Shown here in pieces: positions 6,928 through 17,225 of a stretch of 43,947 nt of DNA. Both the position numbers and the translations under genes were made by a program. A model generated the notes under the pieces. It was given only the letters and a program-made list of their open reading frames with translations, had not been told where the DNA came from and made no database searches. Source of the DNA: a virus (taxonomy: Duplodnaviria; Caudoviricetes); the IMG/VR virus record IMGVR_UViG_3300035494_000043, positions 1-43,947 of that record; one strand, given 5' to 3'. Numbering within the stretch: position 1 is the stretch's first letter; every line of letters begins with the position of its first letter.

Positions 6928-9054
6928 TTAACATGGACTCGCTCCACAATTCATACAAATAGCACAACCATTAGTGATCACTTCGATTGGTTCTCCACAT
7001 TCTGGACACTTAGAGAACTTATCATCTGCGTAATTCAGATTGACTTTGTATTCAGTTTCTTTTACTTCGCTTTCCGGTTCATCACTTCCGGTGGTATCAT
7101 CATTATTGGTTAGGATACCTAGTCTCTTACAACCATCTACGAATACCGTAATACCCTTTAGTTCTTTTTCCCATGCGTACATATATAGGTTACGTATGTG
7201 TCCGGAACTTGTACCCTTCGGTAGATTCACCGTGGATGAAATACCGGCATCTATATATTTCTGCCATACACTCTGCATATCAATTCGTTTCTTGTAATTA
7301 AGTTTACCACTTGTCACAAAGAAATCTGGAAGTTCTTCTTCTTTGGTAAGACCATGTTCATCCATATATTCCTTTGCTATGGGTGTGAATACCTTGTAGA
7401 ATGTGCTACCATTATCACCTAGAGACTTTGATTCTCTTGTGTATGAGATATTAAAGATTGGTTCTATACCACCAGATACACCGATCATAGTTGAAATACT
7501 TCCGGTTGGTGCAATGGATAATAGTTCTGCATTTCTTAATCCATACATAGCAACTAGTTTATAGGTTTCTTCTGTAGCTACTTCCTTTAGGAATTTAGAT
7601 TTAAGGACTGCTTCCCTATTGTATAGTGGATAAGTTCCTAATTCCTTTGCTCTGATCGCTGACTCTTGAAGTGCATTGTTAATCATTAACTTTCCAATTT
7701 CTTCTGATAGGATCAATGATTCTTCATCACCATATTTATACTCCATGTGAATGAAAGCATCTGATAATCCCATGATACCCAATCCAATCTGTCTGTAGTT
7801 TGAAACGGATTCTCTCTGCTCACTTAGTGGTAATAGTGCAATACCTTCTTCTAACACATCATCAAGATATGCGGTACACGTTCTTACATCATCTGCAAAC
7901 TCTTTAAATTGGAATACACCATTCACAACATATGCGTCCACATTCATGCTACCTAGTAAACACGAACCACCTGATGGAAGTGGTTTTTCTCCACAAGGAT
8001 TTGTACTAGCATATTCAAAGTCTGGATTTTCGCTATTAAGGTGATATTCTTTTACCCTATCCCAAAATAACATGCCCGGCTCACCGTAATCCCTATTCAC
8101 ACTTGCAATTCGCTCGAATAGATCAAATGCTTCTACGTGCCTTTTAATGACTTCTCCGGTGTCCTTAACTTCAAAGGTCATTTCCCATACACCACGGTCT
8201 TTGACGGTCTTCATGAACTCATCAGACACCATGATTGAGATGTTGGCGAAAGTTACTTTGGATAAATCGGTTTTCACTGATACGAACTCCACGATATCTG
8301 GGTGATCAACCGGTAAGCTAATCATTAAAGCACCCCTTCTACCTTGCTGACCGATAAGTCCGGTAGTCATGGAATATAAATCCATAAAGCTGACTGCTCC
8401 GGTGGTTTCCTTTGCTGAGTTATTTACCTTTGAGAATCGTGGTCTTAGGTTTCCTAGACTAGTTCCACATCCACCACCGTATGAATATGTTCGTGCCATC
8501 TTCTTGGCGGTATCGAATATACTTTCTATGTTATCTTCTGGTGGTGTAATTACAAAACAGTTAGAATACGTTACCTTCTTACCATGTTCATATAACCTTC
8601 TACCGGCAAGGATTCTACCGGCGGGAATGAACTTCTTTTCACGGATCAACTTCTGTATTTTTGAATTACCATAACCTACTCTGGAAATGAAACCATCAAA
8701 CCCTTCATTTTCAAAGATATACTTCTTATATAGAATATCTTTCTGTAAATCATCCATTTCCCATATAGATTTACGCTTCATGGTTCTCTCGTGTCTGTAT
8801 CTTATGAACGCTTTTGCAACTTCAATTTCACCCAATTCAATTAATCTATCTTCAATTATATCTTGGATTTCTTCAACCGTGATCTTACTTTCTTTTAGTA
8901 GTGCTTTTGCTTCTACTGAGTTTACTACTTCTTCTTGAATTTCAAATGATACGTCACCATTTACTTCTATCATTGCTTTCTGGACTGCTACTCTAATGTT
9001 TCTCGGATCGAATCTTTCTTCTAATCCGTTTCTTTTGATTACTACCATTTCCAT
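6928..9054 (-). CDS. nrdJ: Class II (B12-dependent) ribonucleotide reductase with ATP cone
   Basis: VIKRNG ATP cone; SNC, TNPCGE, GLGIMG, APTGSIS; C-terminal Cys cluster; no beta-subunit gene present. Confidence 0.9.
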   Translation of the reverse strand: MEMVVIKRNGLEERFDPRNIRVAVQKAMIEVNGDVSFEIQEEVVNSVEAKALLKESKITVEEIQDIIEDRLIELGEIEVAKAFIRYRHERTMKRKSIWEMDDLQKDILYKKYIFENEGFDGFISRVGYGNSKIQKLIREKKFIPAGRILAGRRLYEHGKKVTYSNCFVITPPEDNIESIFDTAKKMARTYSYGGGCGTSLGNLRPRFSKVNNSAKETTGAVSFMDLYSMTTGLIGQQGRRGALMISLPVDHPDIVEFVSVKTDLSKVTFANISIMVSDEFMKTVKDRGVWEMTFEVKDTGEVIKRHVEAFDLFERIASVNRDYGEPGMLFWDRVKEYHLNSENPDFEYASTNPCGEKPLPSGGSCLLGSMNVDAYVVNGVFQFKEFADDVRTCTAYLDDVLEEGIALLPLSEQRESVSNYRQIGLGIMGLSDAFIHMEYKYGDEESLILSEEIGKLMINNALQESAIRAKELGTYPLYNREAVLKSKFLKEVATEETYKLVAMYGLRNAELLSIAPTGSISTMIGVSGGIEPIFNISYTRESKSLGDNGSTFYKVFTPIAKEYMDEHGLTKEEELPDFFVTSGKLNYKKRIDMQSVWQKYIDAGISSTVNLPKGTSSGHIRNLYMYAWEKELKGITVFVDGCKRLGILTNNDDTTGSDEPESEVKETEYKVNLNYADDKFSKCPECGEPIEVITNGCAICMNCGASPC

Positions 9055-10047
9055 TTATATCTCTCCATTCAATTTAAAAACTAGTATTCCTTCTGAATTA
9101 TCATTGTGTCCACCTTTTGAATTAGTTCTTTTGATATTTTTTAAATCAAGTGTTTCAATGTGTTTAAAACCAACTTCTTCAAATGCTGAAATTGTATCCG
9201 CTACTAAACTTAATCCATTGAAATCTGATACATTGAATAACACATAACCATCATCAATTAAATATCTCTTTATGTTTTCTACAGTTGGATCAAGATATTC
9301 CTTTAACCAATCATCATATGACGTTCCTTCTGTCCACGATTGTTCACCATGCCTATAGTCTTCTAAGTTAAAATATGGTGGACTTGTAAAGCACAATCCC
9401 ATTTTATTTTCCCATTCTGGAACGAATATTTCACTACCATGTGGTTTTATGACTACTTCACAATTGAGTCCATTCACATCTTCATATTCTTCCACTAACT
9501 GATTTAACCTATCACATAGAATCGTATTTGGATCACACCCATAATAGTTTATATCTTTCCTAAGTGAACCTAACAATCTAACACCCCAACCGCAAGATGG
9601 ATCATAGTAATTTCCATTTACATTATAATTTTCTAATATATAATCAACCGTCTTTATTGGAAAATTACTTGGTTTAAGTGCCACTCCTTTTCCACCTAAT
9701 CTGAAAGCAGTTTGTATCTTCTTACCATCGCTATCCTTATCTGGAAAAATCTTTTTGTTCTCAAGTGTTTTATAATAGAAATAACCCATTAACTCTTTAG
9801 ATTGTAAGACTTCACTTATACTCCATTTAGAGTGATATAGTTTTGTATCAAACATTAAATCCTTAAAATAATAGTTATTCACCTGAGATAACTTAGTACC
9901 ACCATTTTTAAACTTTAATAAATTTTCTCTTACTCCTTCAATCCCACCTTTATATAATATTTCATTTACTATTTTTTCACAGTGTTCATCTGATAATTCA
10001 TAGTAGTTATTTGTTTTTAAAGTTTTGCCCATATGTTCTATCAACAT
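9055..10047 (-). CDS. Orphan amino-type (N4C/N6A) DNA methyltransferase
   Basis: YDPSCGWG (SAM binding) followed by FTSPPYF (catalytic). Confidence 0.85.
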   Translation of the reverse strand: MLIEHMGKTLKTNNYYELSDEHCEKIVNEILYKGGIEGVRENLLKFKNGGTKLSQVNNYYFKDLMFDTKLYHSKWSISEVLQSKELMGYFYYKTLENKKIFPDKDSDGKKIQTAFRLGGKGVALKPSNFPIKTVDYILENYNVNGNYYDPSCGWGVRLLGSLRKDINYYGCDPNTILCDRLNQLVEEYEDVNGLNCEVVIKPHGSEIFVPEWENKMGLCFTSPPYFNLEDYRHGEQSWTEGTSYDDWLKEYLDPTVENIKRYLIDDGYVLFNVSDFNGLSLVADTISAFEEVGFKHIETLDLKNIKRTNSKGGHNDNSEGILVFKLNGEI

Positions 10048-10257
10048 TTACATCTCTCCATTTTCTATAAACTTAATTAATTTCATCAAACAACTACCAC
10101 ATAAATCATACTTATATGATGTGTAATCGTATGCTGATAAACCAATCTTTTCTGTAATTCTAAGTCTAGTTGTTGTTCTTCTAAAGTCTAATGATCCTTT
10201 GGTTTTATGTGACATCTCTTTTCCACATCTGTCACATTTCTCTATAGTCTTAATCAT
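10048..10257 (-). CDS. Small CxxC..CxxC protein
   Basis: CDRCG..DLCGSC. Confidence 0.75.
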   Translation of the reverse strand: MIKTIEKCDRCGKEMSHKTKGSLDFRRTTTRLRITEKIGLSAYDYTSYKYDLCGSCLMKLIKFIENGEM

Positions 10258-10589
10258 ACCTCTCCATCTCTCATTATACTTATTTTATTCTCATCCATAT
10301 CATACTCATAAATTGGAATACCCAACGATCTAGCATAACCATATTCCATCTGACAACCCCTACTATGCTCCCATTTTGGTAGGAATAGTATTGAATCACA
10401 ATCATCTAATGCTCTAAAACACAATTCCATTCCTTCCAAATACTCAGTTGACTCATATAAGAATCCAAAGTTGTGAATTGGACTAAAATAAGTTAACTCT
10501 GGATATTTCTTAATTAGATTCTCTATATGTCTTTCTGCCATGCTTACATTGTCTCTACTACCTTGAAATGGACTTGCTACGTACATCAT
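10254..10589 (-). CDS. DUF4406 / nucleoside deoxyribosyltransferase-fold protein
   Basis: YVASPF..FSPIH..LDDCDSILFLPKWEHSRGCQMEYGYA..GIPI. Confidence 0.8.
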   Translation of the reverse strand: MMYVASPFQGSRDNVSMAERHIENLIKKYPELTYFSPIHNFGFLYESTEYLEGMELCFRALDDCDSILFLPKWEHSRGCQMEYGYARSLGIPIYEYDMDENKISIMRDGEV

Positions 10590-10798
10590 AGTGCCTTATT
10601 CAACTCCTTCTTCATAAATTCTAACATGATAGCTTTAGCTAATTCATGATTTGGAATTAATTTACATGCTTCTGCGTAACCTTCAATTATTGATTCTCCA
10701 AAATCCATCATCATGGTAACCATCTCTTCTTTTGTGGGTTTCACTTCAATATCACTGAGTTCTTCCTTTAACCATTTTTCAAATTCATAATTTTCCAT
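10586..10798 (-). CDS. Hypothetical protein
   Basis: Translationally coupled ORF. Confidence 0.7.
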   Translation of the reverse strand: MENYEFEKWLKEELSDIEVKPTKEEMVTMMMDFGESIIEGYAEACKLIPNHELAKAIMLEFMKKELNKAL

Positions 10799-11253
10799 TA
10801 TTCTACCACCTCAATAAATTCTAAATTTTCTCGCTTCACTTCTGGATGTGCAATTCCAAATTCTTCAAGTTCATCTCTTGTGAATTTTGTTTTATAGTGA
10901 TTGTCCACCTCATGGTTATCAGAAAGGAAATACTCGTTACCTGACATATTTATATATGTGTCAACATCATCTATTAGATGCTTCAAATATTCTGGTAGTT
11001 TAATCTTCAAATAGTATCTAGGTTCAATCTTAACTTCCCATTCATCATCTAGTTTCACCCATTCTGAAAAATCTACTTCCTTCACCGTACCATCATCATA
11101 GTATGCCTTAAATTGTACATATTTTTCCTTGCTCCAATCAAATAAATCTTGCTCGACATTCATTTCAAGTTGCCTACATAATTCTTCTTGTCTTTTGACA
11201 ACAACTGCTTTTGGATTATTCCTTATATATTCTAGTGCTTCAATTGTATTCAT
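10798..11253 (-). CDS. Hypothetical protein with DUF1642-like C-terminus
   Basis: YYLK..YIN..KTKFTRDE..FIEV; paralogous to the adjacent gene 11295-11542. Confidence 0.7.
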   Translation of the reverse strand: MNTIEALEYIRNNPKAVVVKRQEELCRQLEMNVEQDLFDWSKEKYVQFKAYYDDGTVKEVDFSEWVKLDDEWEVKIEPRYYLKIKLPEYLKHLIDDVDTYINMSGNEYFLSDNHEVDNHYKTKFTRDELEEFGIAHPEVKRENLEFIEVVE

Positions 11254-11294
11254 GTTAATACCCTCCTTGGTATATCTTGTTTTAGTAGTTCATG

Positions 11295-11542
11295 TTATAC
11301 TTCTATAACCTCGATATCGTCATTTGTAATTTCTGGATATGCGTTTCTAAAATCTTCTACTTGCTCTTTGGTAAATTCTGTAGTAACTACACCTAAATCC
11401 ATCTTGTCAGATATGAAATACTCAATTGGCGATCTAGACATGTTAACCCATCTCTCTGTATCAATTAATTTCTCCACACCCTCTGAGCAGTTGAAAATGA
11501 CTTTGATTTGGTATTTCTTTTCTTTTTTTTTTTTTTTTTCAT
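11295..11542 (-). CDS. DUF1642-like paralogue; A17 tract after ATG puts it out of frame as assembled
   Basis: AAGGAG-9nt-ATG then A17; the track GTG start overlaps the RBS. Confidence 0.6.
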
Positions 11543-11556
11543 TACAATTCACTCCT

Positions 11557-11877
11557 TTACATTCCTAATGCAACTCTGATCTTACTTTCGACTTCTTTAA
11601 TTGTGTCCCCTGAAACCGTAAGTAAGTATTTTTTAAGGAACTTCTTGTCCATTGTCTTAATCTGTTCACAAAGGACTATGCTATCGTACTTTAGTTTTAC
11701 CGGTACATGTGTCTTATTATACCTTTTCTTTACGCTTGTGATTGGGCACACTATTGTAGTGTTAGAATGTGTGTTGTTCTCATCATTCTGCACAATAATA
11801 CATGGTCTGAATCCGTTCTGTTCCGATCCTTCACCGTGGAACTCTGCTAACCATACCTGACCTTTAAGTTTTAACAT
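11557..11877 (-). CDS. MazF/PemK family endoribonuclease-like protein (orphan)
   Basis: KGQVWLAE..GSEQNGFRPCIIVQND..TTIVCPITS..CEQIKTMDK. Confidence 0.9.
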   Translation of the reverse strand: MLKLKGQVWLAEFHGEGSEQNGFRPCIIVQNDENNTHSNTTIVCPITSVKKRYNKTHVPVKLKYDSIVLCEQIKTMDKKFLKKYLLTVSGDTIKEVESKIRVALGM

Positions 11878-11909
11878 TATTATTACCTCCTATGTAATCT
11901 TATGAGATT

Positions 11910-11938
11910 ATTATACCATAGGAAGTAGTATAATGCAA
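11910..11938 (-). promoter_or_regulatory. sigmaA-type promoter for the mazF-like/methylase/nrdJ/dut operon
   Basis: TTGCAT-17-TATAAT with TG extension. Confidence 0.75.
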
Positions 11939-11946
11939 GAACTATT

Positions 11947-12177
11947 TTATATTCTTTTAATTCTGTCTAACTGCTTTTGAAGTTCCTCTTTATTGACCTC
12001 TGGATTTTTACCTACTAGCAACTCCAATGTTATTGTAATTGTCGGGACTTCATATGGATTAATGTTTCGTTCATAATCATATCTAACCACGAATGGATTC
12101 GCTGTTAATTGGTCTTTTATTTCCTCTACAATATACTCTGGTGTAAAATCCTTTATTTGTGCAATTTCTCTTTTCAT
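11947..12177 (-). CDS. Hypothetical protein
   Basis: AAGGAG RBS before ATG 12177. Confidence 0.7.
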   Translation of the reverse strand: MKREIAQIKDFTPEYIVEEIKDQLTANPFVVRYDYERNINPYEVPTITITLELLVGKNPEVNKEELQKQLDRIKRI

Positions 12178-12182
12178 AATTA

Positions 12183-14108
12183 TCACTCCTTACAATAAAT
12201 TCTAACTGATTTCCCATTAATAGATGTGGTTCTGGTTGTTAAACTCATCACCTTTTTGATTTCCTTGGATAGAGTGATCTTCTTCACCGGTCTAGCACCA
12301 TTAAGACTGCACCATACCGAATACTCTCTGTAGATATCTGCAACGGATTCATTCTCCACTTCTGGTGCTTCTTCATCAATCCACTCTAGTACGTTATTAT
12401 TGGAACGTAAATAGATATCCTTTTCTTTCTCACCAACTTCTGATTTGGTGAATGACTTGTTATATAACGCTCTCTTTAATCCTTCAACTGCTATCTTCAC
12501 TAGATACTCAATCGCTTCATCTTCCATCAACTTCTCTTCAATGAACGGATCATAGTCCACATCATACTTTGAAAATTTAGCATTAAATGGCACAATCACC
12601 AATCGTCTACTGAAACCGTCTGAATGATCGTTCACACTTGGCAGTTGGTTAGCACAAAATATCTGAGTCGCATATGACTCCAATGTGAATGGTTGTGCAT
12701 ACTTTCTCTGTACCATGAATGATTCACCGGTAACTACCTTCTTGAATATACTTGATGTTTCCAAATACTTTGCTGAAATATCATCACCAATATTGGCTAG
12801 TTTGTTATACATCTCACTAGGTTTGAAACTATCTTCTAGTTCCCTTAAGTCCAATGATGTGTAGTTTGGTTTACCAATTAATTTCTTGATTAGATTCAGT
12901 ATGGTTGACTTACCATTAGAACCTTCACCAGTCAATATGAACGCTACTTGTAATGAGTTCTTTCTGTATAGTGAATAGCCAATCATTTCTTCTAATAATG
13001 ACCTTATCTGTTTGTCACCACATGCCACTTTATCCAATGTCTTATCCATAAGTTCATGGTAGGCTTCTGGATTATAGTTATATTCAATTCTGTTCTGTAT
13101 AATCCACTTAGGAGCATATGGGAAGTTCTCACCGGTTTCAATATCCAATATGAAGTCTTTAAAACCTAAATACTTTGGACTAGCAAATTCACCGTGTAGA
13201 TCACATTTTAATGCTACATACTTGTAAACTTCTTTTCTCTGACTATCCTTTAACTGTGGTATCTTATCAATCATCACACGTTCAAACTCCAATGGATCAT
13301 TACTATAGATACCATCTTTTGTGTATATGTTCACTTGCCCATCAATCATGATTATATTTGAGTTCATGAGCATATAGTTACCGAACTTATCATGAAGAAA
13401 TCCACCTTTGTCAGTAAAGAATAGTTCTTCACTAAAAGCTTCATCTCTTGTGATTGCATCTATCTCCCTATCTGGAAGTGCTTCTTTCAGTACATACTTG
13501 TTTATGGTCTTAATTACTTTTCTTGCTTCATCCTTTGTGAATGACTTTGACTGCAATACAAGGATATAGGAAAACAATGTCTGGTTACGTGTACTTGTGT
13601 CTTGGAAGTTATAGTTGTGATTACCGATTGGTCTTAGGATTGGTGGTAATTCATCTAATTCTTCATATGTCTGCACCCACTCCCTTTCTATTGTCTCCTT
13701 TACCGTATAGTGTACTTCTTCTCCATCTGCGATCCTTGTCTTCTCCACATCTCTTGTTAACTTTAGTGGTACAACTCTGTTCTTACTACCCAATCCAATG
13801 TCTTCCCTGATACCAATTGCATTGTAGATACCAACGGATTGTGTTCTGACATAACCATCATCTTTGAAATAGAAGTGTAACCCCCTACGTGTTCTCATGA
13901 TACTACAACGTAATTTCATGTCACGTACAATCTTTAAGATTAACTCTGCATCTTTCTGATCATCTACATCAATCTGTATAATATCTTTGGACAAAATTCC
14001 AACAAAATCTGTATCTTCTGGTGGTTCTGATAACCAATTTTCCTTGTCTTTTACGGATGATAATGGTTTTTTACCATCAGCTATGAGATAACCATCAAAC
14101 AGCTTCAT
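12183..14108 (-). CDS. Primase-SF3 helicase (P4/D5-like)
   Basis: N-terminal IDVD..TRRGLHFYF prim-pol motifs; RNQTLF; Walker A GEGSNGKS; GDDI; FCAN. Confidence 0.9.
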   Translation of the reverse strand: MKLFDGYLIADGKKPLSSVKDKENWLSEPPEDTDFVGILSKDIIQIDVDDQKDAELILKIVRDMKLRCSIMRTRRGLHFYFKDDGYVRTQSVGIYNAIGIREDIGLGSKNRVVPLKLTRDVEKTRIADGEEVHYTVKETIEREWVQTYEELDELPPILRPIGNHNYNFQDTSTRNQTLFSYILVLQSKSFTKDEARKVIKTINKYVLKEALPDREIDAITRDEAFSEELFFTDKGGFLHDKFGNYMLMNSNIIMIDGQVNIYTKDGIYSNDPLEFERVMIDKIPQLKDSQRKEVYKYVALKCDLHGEFASPKYLGFKDFILDIETGENFPYAPKWIIQNRIEYNYNPEAYHELMDKTLDKVACGDKQIRSLLEEMIGYSLYRKNSLQVAFILTGEGSNGKSTILNLIKKLIGKPNYTSLDLRELEDSFKPSEMYNKLANIGDDISAKYLETSSIFKKVVTGESFMVQRKYAQPFTLESYATQIFCANQLPSVNDHSDGFSRRLVIVPFNAKFSKYDVDYDPFIEEKLMEDEAIEYLVKIAVEGLKRALYNKSFTKSEVGEKEKDIYLRSNNNVLEWIDEEAPEVENESVADIYREYSVWCSLNGARPVKKITLSKEIKKVMSLTTRTTSINGKSVRIYCKE

Positions 14109-14112
14109 TTAA

Positions 14113-15846
14113 TCAACTCCCAATAAAATCCTTAATTCTTTGCTCTGCTACTTCCACATACCATTGTTTGTCAAGATATGGTAGAACTACCTGATTTGTA
14201 ATATCTCCGTTTTCAATAAAACATGATTCTGGTGTACCGGCAGTCTTGTCCAATTTCTCTTTTGTTTTGTGTTTCTTGTACAGTGGACCATCTTGTGGTC
14301 TGATGCTAGCAAATACACGATACACCTTTTCATTCATTTTATTACCTACCATACCATCATACACTTCTTTTCCATACTTGTCAACCTTATAAGCAAAATC
14401 ATATTTATTGGAAACCTTTGTGACGAATTGGAAATCTATCAACTGATTTGACTCCATAATTGTTTTTGTTACCGGTATTCCCTTGACAAAATAATCCACG
14501 ATTGCCTTATTGACTATTGGAAGATGATTGTCTAGTGGTGAAAGATTCTTTACATAGGAACCTTTACGCTTTACTCCACCATTTGGTTCGACTGCTATAT
14601 ATGAATTTACATCTTTCTGCACTATTCTATTATATTCTTCATACTCCAATGTCATTCTGGTACGCTTAGACCATTCTTCACATCTGCGGATCAATTCATC
14701 TTTGTATTCTGGTTCTACTTTGAATAACACACCGTCAGTATTTGATTGACAGATTTTAACAATGTCCTCTACTTTATCAATCAGATCGACAAGGAATAGT
14801 TGTCCTGAGATACAAATATTATTGGCTTGTACCGGATCATATAGTGCATTGTACTTGTCTTTAAGTCCACCATACGCTTTGTTTAGGATTAGTTTATATG
14901 GTGCTTGTTCCTTCTTCTTACCGCTATGTTTCAACTCCATACGTGTATAGTAAATGTCTTTAAATAATCTCTTACCATATTCTCCAATAGACCTTGAAAA
15001 GAAATCATACTCAATCATTAATGATGGATAGTAAGAACCCACATCTGCTAGGATATACAACCCATCTCCGAAATACTTGTCAATACTACCGTGTAATCCA
15101 CCGACACCTAGATTGTGTGGTACACCGGCAATGGTTGTGGATAGTTCCATTCCATCATATGACTTACTTTTACTCCACTCCACATAGTGATCTTTCAGAT
15201 ATGAATATTTACCCAACTGTAAGTTATCTGGAATAGTGATATCGAACTCATCATCATATGTCATTCTGTCTGCACGTAAGACACTCGCTACTAACTGAGT
15301 CTGAGTCTTACTTATGTCATTTAATGATAAGTTGAATTTCTTGATAACATCAATATGTGTTTCATAATCTACCACCGTTTCTAAGAACACATGAAATGTT
15401 TCCATAACATCATGTTTGCAATACCTCAATACTTCTTTGATTTCACTATTGGTTAGTTTACGATCAATGTCAAACGGAACACTTGTTTCCCTTATGTCAT
15501 GTCCCATGAAAGCTTCTAACTGCTTTAGTGATTTACCAAAAATGGAAGTGTCATAGTTGATGATTGGATACTCATTGAGTAGTTTGGAAAACTCAAAACC
15601 TTTTCTGTCCTTTGTGATAATCCACTCATTCATTTCATACGGATCGAACCCACATAGGATTGCTTTTGCAATATAGATATCATAGTGTCTGGAATTATAT
15701 CCAACCCAAACTTCATCTTTGTATTTCTCATACATTATTTTCATCTTGTCTCTATCATTCACTATTGCATACATGTTTTTGTCATTGGTATCTAACCAAA
15801 CTAATGTCCAATCATACTTAAAACACTCAAAATCGAAGATGATCAA
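14113..15846 (-). CDS. Family B DNA polymerase with 3'-5' exonuclease
   Basis: FDFE, GYNSRHYD, YCKHD exonuclease motifs; DVGSYYPS, KLILNKAYG, SNTDG polymerase motifs. Confidence 0.88.
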   Translation of the reverse strand: MIIFDFECFKYDWTLVWLDTNDKNMYAIVNDRDKMKIMYEKYKDEVWVGYNSRHYDIYIAKAILCGFDPYEMNEWIITKDRKGFEFSKLLNEYPIINYDTSIFGKSLKQLEAFMGHDIRETSVPFDIDRKLTNSEIKEVLRYCKHDVMETFHVFLETVVDYETHIDVIKKFNLSLNDISKTQTQLVASVLRADRMTYDDEFDITIPDNLQLGKYSYLKDHYVEWSKSKSYDGMELSTTIAGVPHNLGVGGLHGSIDKYFGDGLYILADVGSYYPSLMIEYDFFSRSIGEYGKRLFKDIYYTRMELKHSGKKKEQAPYKLILNKAYGGLKDKYNALYDPVQANNICISGQLFLVDLIDKVEDIVKICQSNTDGVLFKVEPEYKDELIRRCEEWSKRTRMTLEYEEYNRIVQKDVNSYIAVEPNGGVKRKGSYVKNLSPLDNHLPIVNKAIVDYFVKGIPVTKTIMESNQLIDFQFVTKVSNKYDFAYKVDKYGKEVYDGMVGNKMNEKVYRVFASIRPQDGPLYKKHKTKEKLDKTAGTPESCFIENGDITNQVVLPYLDKQWYVEVAEQRIKDFIGS

Positions 15847-15871
15847 AATATCAACACTCCTTTACAGATAG

Positions 15872-15890
15872 AAAAAGGGCAAATTGCCCT
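15872..15890 (-). terminator. Possible terminator
   Basis: AGGGCA-ATT-TGCCCT then short U run on minus strand. Confidence 0.45.
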
Positions 15891-15918
15891 ATGTATTGGG
15901 GTATCGCTACCCCTTAGA

Positions 15919-16386
15919 TTAAAATTCAACTAGACCTAAGTCTTCTGGTTCATCAATTGGTTTTACAACTGAAAACTTTGGATACTTCATATCCTTGTCT
16001 TTGTCTGCGTAAGTCACTCTGATCGTATGTTCCGTACCAACTTCAATCTTACTGATTTCTTCTGCAAACTGACTCATCTTCTTGAATGGAACTTCTTCCC
16101 CTACAATGTCTGATAGGAAAATCACTGCATCTGCGATATTCTGGTCTGTCAGATTTGGATAAGCCGGAACAATTAGGTTCTGATTGTAGTAGATATCTCT
16201 ACCGGTAGTCTTATCCTTGAAGACACCCTTAACCATTGGATCACCGTTTCTTGTCTCCGCCATTTTAACTGAGACTAGCTTTACTTCATAGTCACCTTCT
16301 AGCAGTGGTTTACGCTGATTCACCGCTTCTAATACATCTTCCGCCTTAGCTACATTGTCGAATCGCTCCCAAACTGATTTACTCAT
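15919..16386 (-). CDS. Putative single-stranded DNA-binding protein (DUF669-like)
   Basis: LLEGDYEVKL..ETRNGDPM; acidic tail ending in F; next to polymerase. Confidence 0.65.
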   Translation of the reverse strand: MSKSVWERFDNVAKAEDVLEAVNQRKPLLEGDYEVKLVSVKMAETRNGDPMVKGVFKDKTTGRDIYYNQNLIVPAYPNLTDQNIADAVIFLSDIVGEEVPFKKMSQFAEEISKIEVGTEHTIRVTYADKDKDMKYPKFSVVKPIDEPEDLGLVEF

Positions 16387-16428
16387 TAATACATCTCTCC
16401 TTATTTGTTTGATTTAGTTTACTATTAC

Positions 16429-16457
16429 ATTATACCATCAATTGATTATCTTGTCAA
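16429..16457 (-). promoter_or_regulatory. sigmaA promoter for SSB-Pol-primase
   Basis: Perfect TTGACA-17-TATAAT with TG extension. Confidence 0.85.
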
Positions 16458-16641
16458 CTAGAAATATGATAAGTGCTACTAAAAGAATTATTACCGCAAT
16501 TCCTAGTGGAATCAATATTGGTGAAAATACCCACAACCATGTTATGTTGATTGCTCCGGTAAGTTTTAGTGTCGCTAGAATAAATGTTGCTATCCATAGC
16601 CACGGTGTTGTACTAGTTGTAGTTTTGTTCTCATTACTCAT
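16438..16641 (-). CDS. Small membrane protein
   Basis: LATLKLTGAINITWLWVFSPI hydrophobic segments; AAGGAG RBS. Confidence 0.75.
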   Translation of the reverse strand: MSNENKTTTSTTPWLWIATFILATLKLTGAINITWLWVFSPILIPLGIAVIILLVALIIFLVDKIIN

Positions 16642-16667
16642 TTTTACATACCTACTCCTTAATCTCA

Positions 16668-17225
16668 TTATTCTTTCTCTCTACCTAATAGATAAGCTGA
16701 TTTCATATCTGCTAGGTGTAAGTGCAGTGACAATGGAAACATCTCAAACGCTTTGCTTACATAATTATAATTATCCTTCTCAGACAATCCCATGTGCCAT
16801 CTGATCGCCATAGCTTCTTCATCTGTAAGTTTCATTACCCCACTAATGAGATATACTGACTTCTCTCCGTGTCCATATGGAAACTTATCATCTACCGTGT
16901 AGTACGGAACTTGAATCCATTTTCCATTTTCATCTTTAGTGTTTCTTGTACTCACTTCATAATATCCAACCTTACAGATATCATGGAAAAGTGAAACAAT
17001 TGCGATTGACTCTTTATCAAAATCCGATAAATTCAGATCGGTGTCTAAAATGTCGAACACTTCCAATGAATGTTTAGCTAGTCCACCTTCATAAGAGTGG
17101 TGGTATCTTGTACTAGCCGGAGCAGTGAAGAAGTCTGTATTCTCTAATAGTTTTAAGAGATCATCTATTCCTTCACGTTTGATTCTCTCTTTTGCTACTT
17201 TAATGAAACGTTCTTTTACACCCAT
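16668..17225 (-). CDS. HD-domain phosphohydrolase
   Basis: APASTRYH..GGLAKHSL..LFHDICK..GHG..WHMG..LAD. Confidence 0.9.
   Translation of the reverse strand: MGVKERFIKVAKERIKREGIDDLLKLLENTDFFTAPASTRYHHSYEGGLAKHSLEVFDILDTDLNLSDFDKESIAIVSLFHDICKVGYYEVSTRNTKDENGKWIQVPYYTVDDKFPYGHGEKSVYLISGVMKLTDEEAMAIRWHMGLSEKDNYNYVSKAFEMFPLSLHLHLADMKSAYLLGREKE

Noticed and set aside
16668-17225. Z-base (dATPase/PurZ) or other hypermodification pathway
   Set aside because: HD protein present, but no PurZ, queuosine-pathway or thymidylate-synthase-like genes recognised
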